In this document: in pieces, positions 12,617-15,600 of the stretch | How the letters are laid out: every line of letters starts with the position of its first letter | Numbering within the stretch: the first letter of the stretch is position 1 | From: Candidatus Hadarchaeales archaeon | GTDB taxonomy: Archaea > Hadarchaeota > Hadarchaeia > Hadarchaeales > Hadarchaeaceae | Assembly: GCA_038823825.1 (NCBI GenBank) | Contig: JAWBCC010000007.1 | Coordinates: 1-15,600 of the forward strand | Length of the DNA: 15,600 nt | Reading direction: 5' to 3' | Translations under genes and position numbers: made by a program | Notes under the pieces: model-generated | The model's input: the letters and a program-made list of their open reading frames with translations, nothing else | Databases searched by the model: none | Told to the model about the DNA's origin: nothing

Positions 12617-15361
12617 TTATCTCCTCCTTCCTTTTTTCATTCTAAGCACATAAAAACCAAACGCTAAAACAATGAACGCTGCTACTGATATAATTGCAAT
12701 GATGAATGTTGAGCCGAGGCCCGGTGTTCCTACAACGAAAGACGCCTGAAAGTTCTCAAGATCGATGGTATGCGTTCCCAAGGACAAAGCATGCGAGTAA
12801 ATGTTAAACACCACCGGAAGGGATTCCCCAGGCTGAAGAGAAACAGTTCTTGAATCCACAACAATCCCATCAAGCTTTAGCTGCAGGGTCTTCTCCACCA
12901 CTCTCGAGCTCTGGTTAGTAACGGTGACCTTAACTTTCAGAATGTCTCCTCGAGAGATGGAATTCGCCGATAAAGAGAAATTACTCAGAAGGATGTCGGA
13001 AACGGTAGAGCTAGACATGGAGGGTGGAGGCTCGCTCACGCCCCAGCTCGTGTTTGGATTTGGCCCCATCCAAAGCTCTAGCGTTCCTCCATTTATTATT
13101 TCAGAATGCCAGAGCCAAGCTCTTTCAAGTGGCTGCCCATTGAGTTTAGCTGATTGAACGTAAATGTTCGTTGGTGAATTGTTGTAAACGATTATTTCAA
13201 ACTTTTTGTTTTGACCGTAAAAGCTCGGCAGATTTATCGTTATCTTGTCAAAAATGGGGCTTCCGATGACATACGTGAGACTAGGTGGACAAACCGGATA
13301 GAAACCCATAGAACTGAAAATAAACCACGCTGACATCTGACCGCAATCATCATTTCCGGGTAGACCGTGGGGACCGAGCCGATATCTCGTCTCCAGAACA
13401 TTTCTCACCCAGTATTGTGTTCTCCATGGAGCTCCCGCATATACAAAGAGATAGGCGATGTGATGGCTCGGCTCGTTGCCGTGCCAGTAGTATCTCACCC
13501 TTCCCTGTTCCGTGAATCTGTTATCCGCAAGAAGAGAAGGTTCTTCGCTTTTTTCGAAGAGTCTTTCCAGCTTTCCGATGAAATTCTCCTTCCCCATTAC
13601 GTCTATTAGCCCCTGAACATCGTGCGGAACGAACCAAGTGTACTGCCACGGATTTCCTTCATTTGGTTGAGTTATATATGAGTAATAGCCCCGCGGGTCG
13701 AAGGGTTCTTCCCAGGTCCCATCGGATTTTCTTCCTTGAACATATCCTTTGTAGGGATTGCCGGGTTCGCCTGGAGCTTCCGGATTGTAAACATTCCTCC
13801 AGTTTGTTGCACGTTGCATGAAGTATCTATAATCGTTGTCCTTCCCAAGAGCTTTTGCGAGTTGTGCTATACACCAATCGTCGTAAGCATACTCTAAGGT
13901 CAGGGAAACAGATTCGCGGTATCCCCTATCGGTCGGACAGTAACCGAGAGTCATGTAGTCTTCAATTCCCGTTCTTGCCTCATAGAACGGAGGTGGACTC
14001 TGAGTAGCGTTCTTCACCATGGCCTCATATGCCTTCTGAACGTCGAAGTCCGTTATTCCCTTTAGATACGCCTCAGTCACCAAAGAATCTCCGTGAGTTC
14101 CGATCATTATACTCGAATAACCAGGGTTGGGCCACTTTGGCATCCACCCTCCCTGTTCGTACATGGCAACCAGAGAACGCATCATATCCCTAACTCTTTC
14201 CGGAACTAGGAAAATTTGGAGAGCGTGCAGGGCCCTGAAGGTGTCCCACATTGAAAAATCATTGTAGAACTCCCAGCCGTCGCATGTATGCACACGTGCG
14301 TCAAAAACGCTGAAATATTTTCCGTATTCGGATGAGACCCTGGGAAGGAGAAGTGCATGATAGAGCGCCGTGTAGAATTTTATTTTATCGGCGTCTGTTC
14401 CACCCTCAACTCGGATCATGCTGAGAAGCTGGTTCCACTTCTGTCTAGCCTGCTGTCTAACACCATCGAAGTCCCAACCAGGAATTTCAGCTTGCATGTT
14501 GTAACGAGCCTGCTCAACGCTTATGAATGAGATGCTCGCTTTCACGTAAACAACTTCTCCTGCGCTTACGGGGAAAGATACCCAAGCACCAGAATTGTAT
14601 GCGCGCACCTCAGTGTTGCCAGGATTTTTTGTGGAGCCCTGATATGTTCCCCACGAAGTAAACTGCTTGCTGAAGGTAACAACGTAGTATCCTTTGAATT
14701 CACCAGTTGGGGCTCTGTATAAACCGACGTCAGAATATCCGACAATCTCATTGTTTTCAGGTATTATCTTAGACCAACCTGTTCCTAAATGCGTGTCTAT
14801 CAAAATGTGAGCATTGCCCGAGTTTTCGAATGTAAGCCTAAGAAGACCGACGCGCATAGTCGAGGTGACTTCTACTCGAATCCCATAGTCATCGAATGTG
14901 ACCGCATAATAGCCGGGGGTTGCGATCTCCGTTTCGTGCCTTATCCTCGAGGATCTCTCCGGACCTGTTTTGACCTCGCTCCCGAACATCGGCATGATCG
15001 TTATGCATGCATAATCAGACATGCAGGAGCCGCTCGGGAAGTGCGATCCCCTTATTCCTGCTATTTCCATCGTGTCTGCTGGCTTCCACCTTCCTCCCTC
15101 CTCGATGAATATGTATTCATATGGATAGGAAATGTCTGAGGCCTGCTCCTTTCTCACCGGATCCCATGTTGTCATTGCGAAAGGAACAGCGGCGCCTGGA
15201 CTTGTGTGACCATGACGAGTTCCGATGAAAGGATCTACATAATCAACCGGATCCGTGCCACGCGGAGAAGTGAGCCAAGGAACAGATGCAGATGCAGAGC
15301 TTATAAAAATAAGAAGAAAAATCGTCATAACGACTAGACTTCTCCCGAATTCTCTATTCAT
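12617..15361 (-). CDS. Secreted GH92 alpha-mannosidase with a C-terminal CARDB domain and membrane anchor
   Basis: ORF of 914 aa. The signal peptide is ..IFLLIFISSASAS/VPW. GH92 signatures are present: DYVDPFIGT, LEYAYDDWCIAQLAKALGK, GNPWQYTWFVPHDVQGLI, YWHGNEPSHHIAYLF, LPGNDDCGQMSAWFIFSSMGFYPVCP. The CARDB-like domain spans aa 790-874, the TM helix is STFIIAIISVAAFIVLAFGFYVL, and the basic tail is RMKKGRRR. An ATG start has GGGAGGGG about 9 nt upstream. Confidence 0.93.
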   Translation of the reverse strand: MNREFGRSLVVMTIFLLIFISSASASVPWLTSPRGTDPVDYVDPFIGTRHGHTSPGAAVPFAMTTWDPVRKEQASDISYPYEYIFIEEGGRWKPADTMEIAGIRGSHFPSGSCMSDYACITIMPMFGSEVKTGPERSSRIRHETEIATPGYYAVTFDDYGIRVEVTSTMRVGLLRLTFENSGNAHILIDTHLGTGWSKIIPENNEIVGYSDVGLYRAPTGEFKGYYVVTFSKQFTSWGTYQGSTKNPGNTEVRAYNSGAWVSFPVSAGEVVYVKASISFISVEQARYNMQAEIPGWDFDGVRQQARQKWNQLLSMIRVEGGTDADKIKFYTALYHALLLPRVSSEYGKYFSVFDARVHTCDGWEFYNDFSMWDTFRALHALQIFLVPERVRDMMRSLVAMYEQGGWMPKWPNPGYSSIMIGTHGDSLVTEAYLKGITDFDVQKAYEAMVKNATQSPPPFYEARTGIEDYMTLGYCPTDRGYRESVSLTLEYAYDDWCIAQLAKALGKDNDYRYFMQRATNWRNVYNPEAPGEPGNPYKGYVQGRKSDGTWEEPFDPRGYYSYITQPNEGNPWQYTWFVPHDVQGLIDVMGKENFIGKLERLFEKSEEPSLLADNRFTEQGRVRYYWHGNEPSHHIAYLFVYAGAPWRTQYWVRNVLETRYRLGPHGLPGNDDCGQMSAWFIFSSMGFYPVCPPSLTYVIGSPIFDKITINLPSFYGQNKKFEIIVYNNSPTNIYVQSAKLNGQPLERAWLWHSEIINGGTLELWMGPNPNTSWGVSEPPPSMSSSTVSDILLSNFSLSANSISRGDILKVKVTVTNQSSRVVEKTLQLKLDGIVVDSRTVSLQPGESLPVVFNIYSHALSLGTHTIDLENFQASFVVGTPGLGSTFIIAIISVAAFIVLAFGFYVLRMKKGRRR

Positions 15362-15386
15362 CTAGAATTCCCCTCCCAGTATCCTT

Positions 15387-15427
15387 CTCATTCTCATTTT
15401 TCGGAAAGGTATATAAAGATTTTTGAC
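15387..15427 (-). promoter_or_regulatory. Archaeal promoter of the GH92 / ABC transporter transcription unit
   Basis: The minus strand reads GTCAAAAATCTTTATATACCTTTCCGAAAAATGAGAATGAG. It contains a consensus TTTATATA box (15417-15410) with an A-rich BRE-like stretch upstream, centred about 52 nt before the ATG. That predicts a ~26-nt leader carrying the Shine-Dalgarno. A tandem AATGAG-AATGAG lies between the TATA box and the predicted transcription start. Confidence 0.6.
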
Positions 15428-15434
15428 TCTTGCT

Positions 15435-15467
15435 GAAAAAAGAAAAAAGAAAGAAAAAGGAAAAGGG
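15435..15467 (-). terminator. Pyrimidine/oligo-T terminator of the right-edge gene
   Basis: The minus strand reads CCCTTTTCCTTTTTCTTTCTTTTTTCTTTTTTC. It begins 7 nt after the TAA stop, with several T4-T6 runs. Confidence 0.55.
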
Positions 15468-15473
15468 CTAGGA

Positions 15474-15600
15474 TTAGGCCGAAACTCTCACGTAGAATGT
15501 GTTCGTGTAGTCTCCTGGAACTGCGTCGGCAGGTATGTCGAGTCTCCACTGAATCTGCTTCTGAACATCTTCACCGTAGGAGACATTGCTCCAGACTGCT
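15474..15600 (-). CDS. 3' end (41 codons plus stop) of a gene encoding a paralog of domain D2 of the 466-aa protein. Absent from the ORF track
   Basis: My translation of the reverse strand gives AVWSNVSYGEDVQKQIQWRLDIPADAVPGDYTNTFYVRVSA*. This aligns with NVWKNVSYGESVQRQIQWRLDIPSNVVAGNYTNTFYVRVET of the 3803..5203 product. By eye, DNA identity to 4316-4440 is about 75 percent. Confidence 0.8.
   Translation of the reverse strand, partial: AVWSNVSYGEDVQKQIQWRLDIPADAVPGDYTNTFYVRVSA

Noticed and set aside
12090-12653. 187-aa plus-strand ORF, the longest plus-strand ORF in the track
   Set aside because: It lies entirely antisense to the binding-protein gene and the GH92 3' end. The translation is low-complexity with no recognisable motifs, and there is no Shine-Dalgarno or promoter. 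It is a typical shadow ORF. The same reasoning applies to all other plus-strand ORFs in the track, for example 2936..3301, 5254..5565, 6491..6805, 8150..8470, 8972..9271 and 14789..15139.
1-15600. Mobile element, genomic island or defence system content
   Set aside because: No integrase, transposase, terminal inverted repeats, tRNA gene, toxin-antitoxin-sized pairs, or nuclease, helicase or ATPase signatures were seen in any frame. Every long ORF is explained by glycan metabolism or surface display.

Overview
All real genes in this 15.6-kb window lie on the minus strand. It looks like an accessory glycan-utilisation locus from an archaeon, probably a thermophile. The archaeal call rests on BRE/TATA-type promoters such as TTTATATA, oligo-T terminators, a binding protein with an N-terminal membrane anchor, and secreted proteins ending in a CARDB domain plus a C-terminal membrane helix. 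The lineage cannot be determined from sequence alone.

In transcription order (right to left) the window holds:
- The 3' end of a secreted-protein gene at the right edge.
- A secreted, C-terminally anchored GH92 alpha-mannosidase.
- A CUT1-type sugar ABC importer (binding protein and two permeases, no ATPase gene).
- A cytoplasmic cupin D-lyxose/D-mannose isomerase.
- A 1215-aa secreted, C-terminally anchored GH130 multidomain protein.
- A 466-aa secreted protein with two uncharacterised beta-sandwich domains and a CBM4_9-like domain.
- A 364-aa protein that is only signal peptide, polyproline hinge, three CARDB repeats and a membrane anchor.
- An 848-codon secreted lectin-like ORF that runs off the left edge.

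Neither edge ORF appears in the supplied ORF track; I found both by translating the reverse strand by hand. All plus-strand ORFs in the track look like antisense shadows.

The main hypothesis is a cell-surface-displayed mannoside, N-glycan or mannan harvesting system. It is built from reusable modules: a CARDB-plus-anchor cassette, LamG domains, CBM-like domains, and an undescribed paralogous 'HYTW / QWRLDIP' module found in four genes. Release of mannose would feed an ABC importer and a mannose-to-fructose isomerase. All homology statements are motif recognition by eye, and no database search was run.
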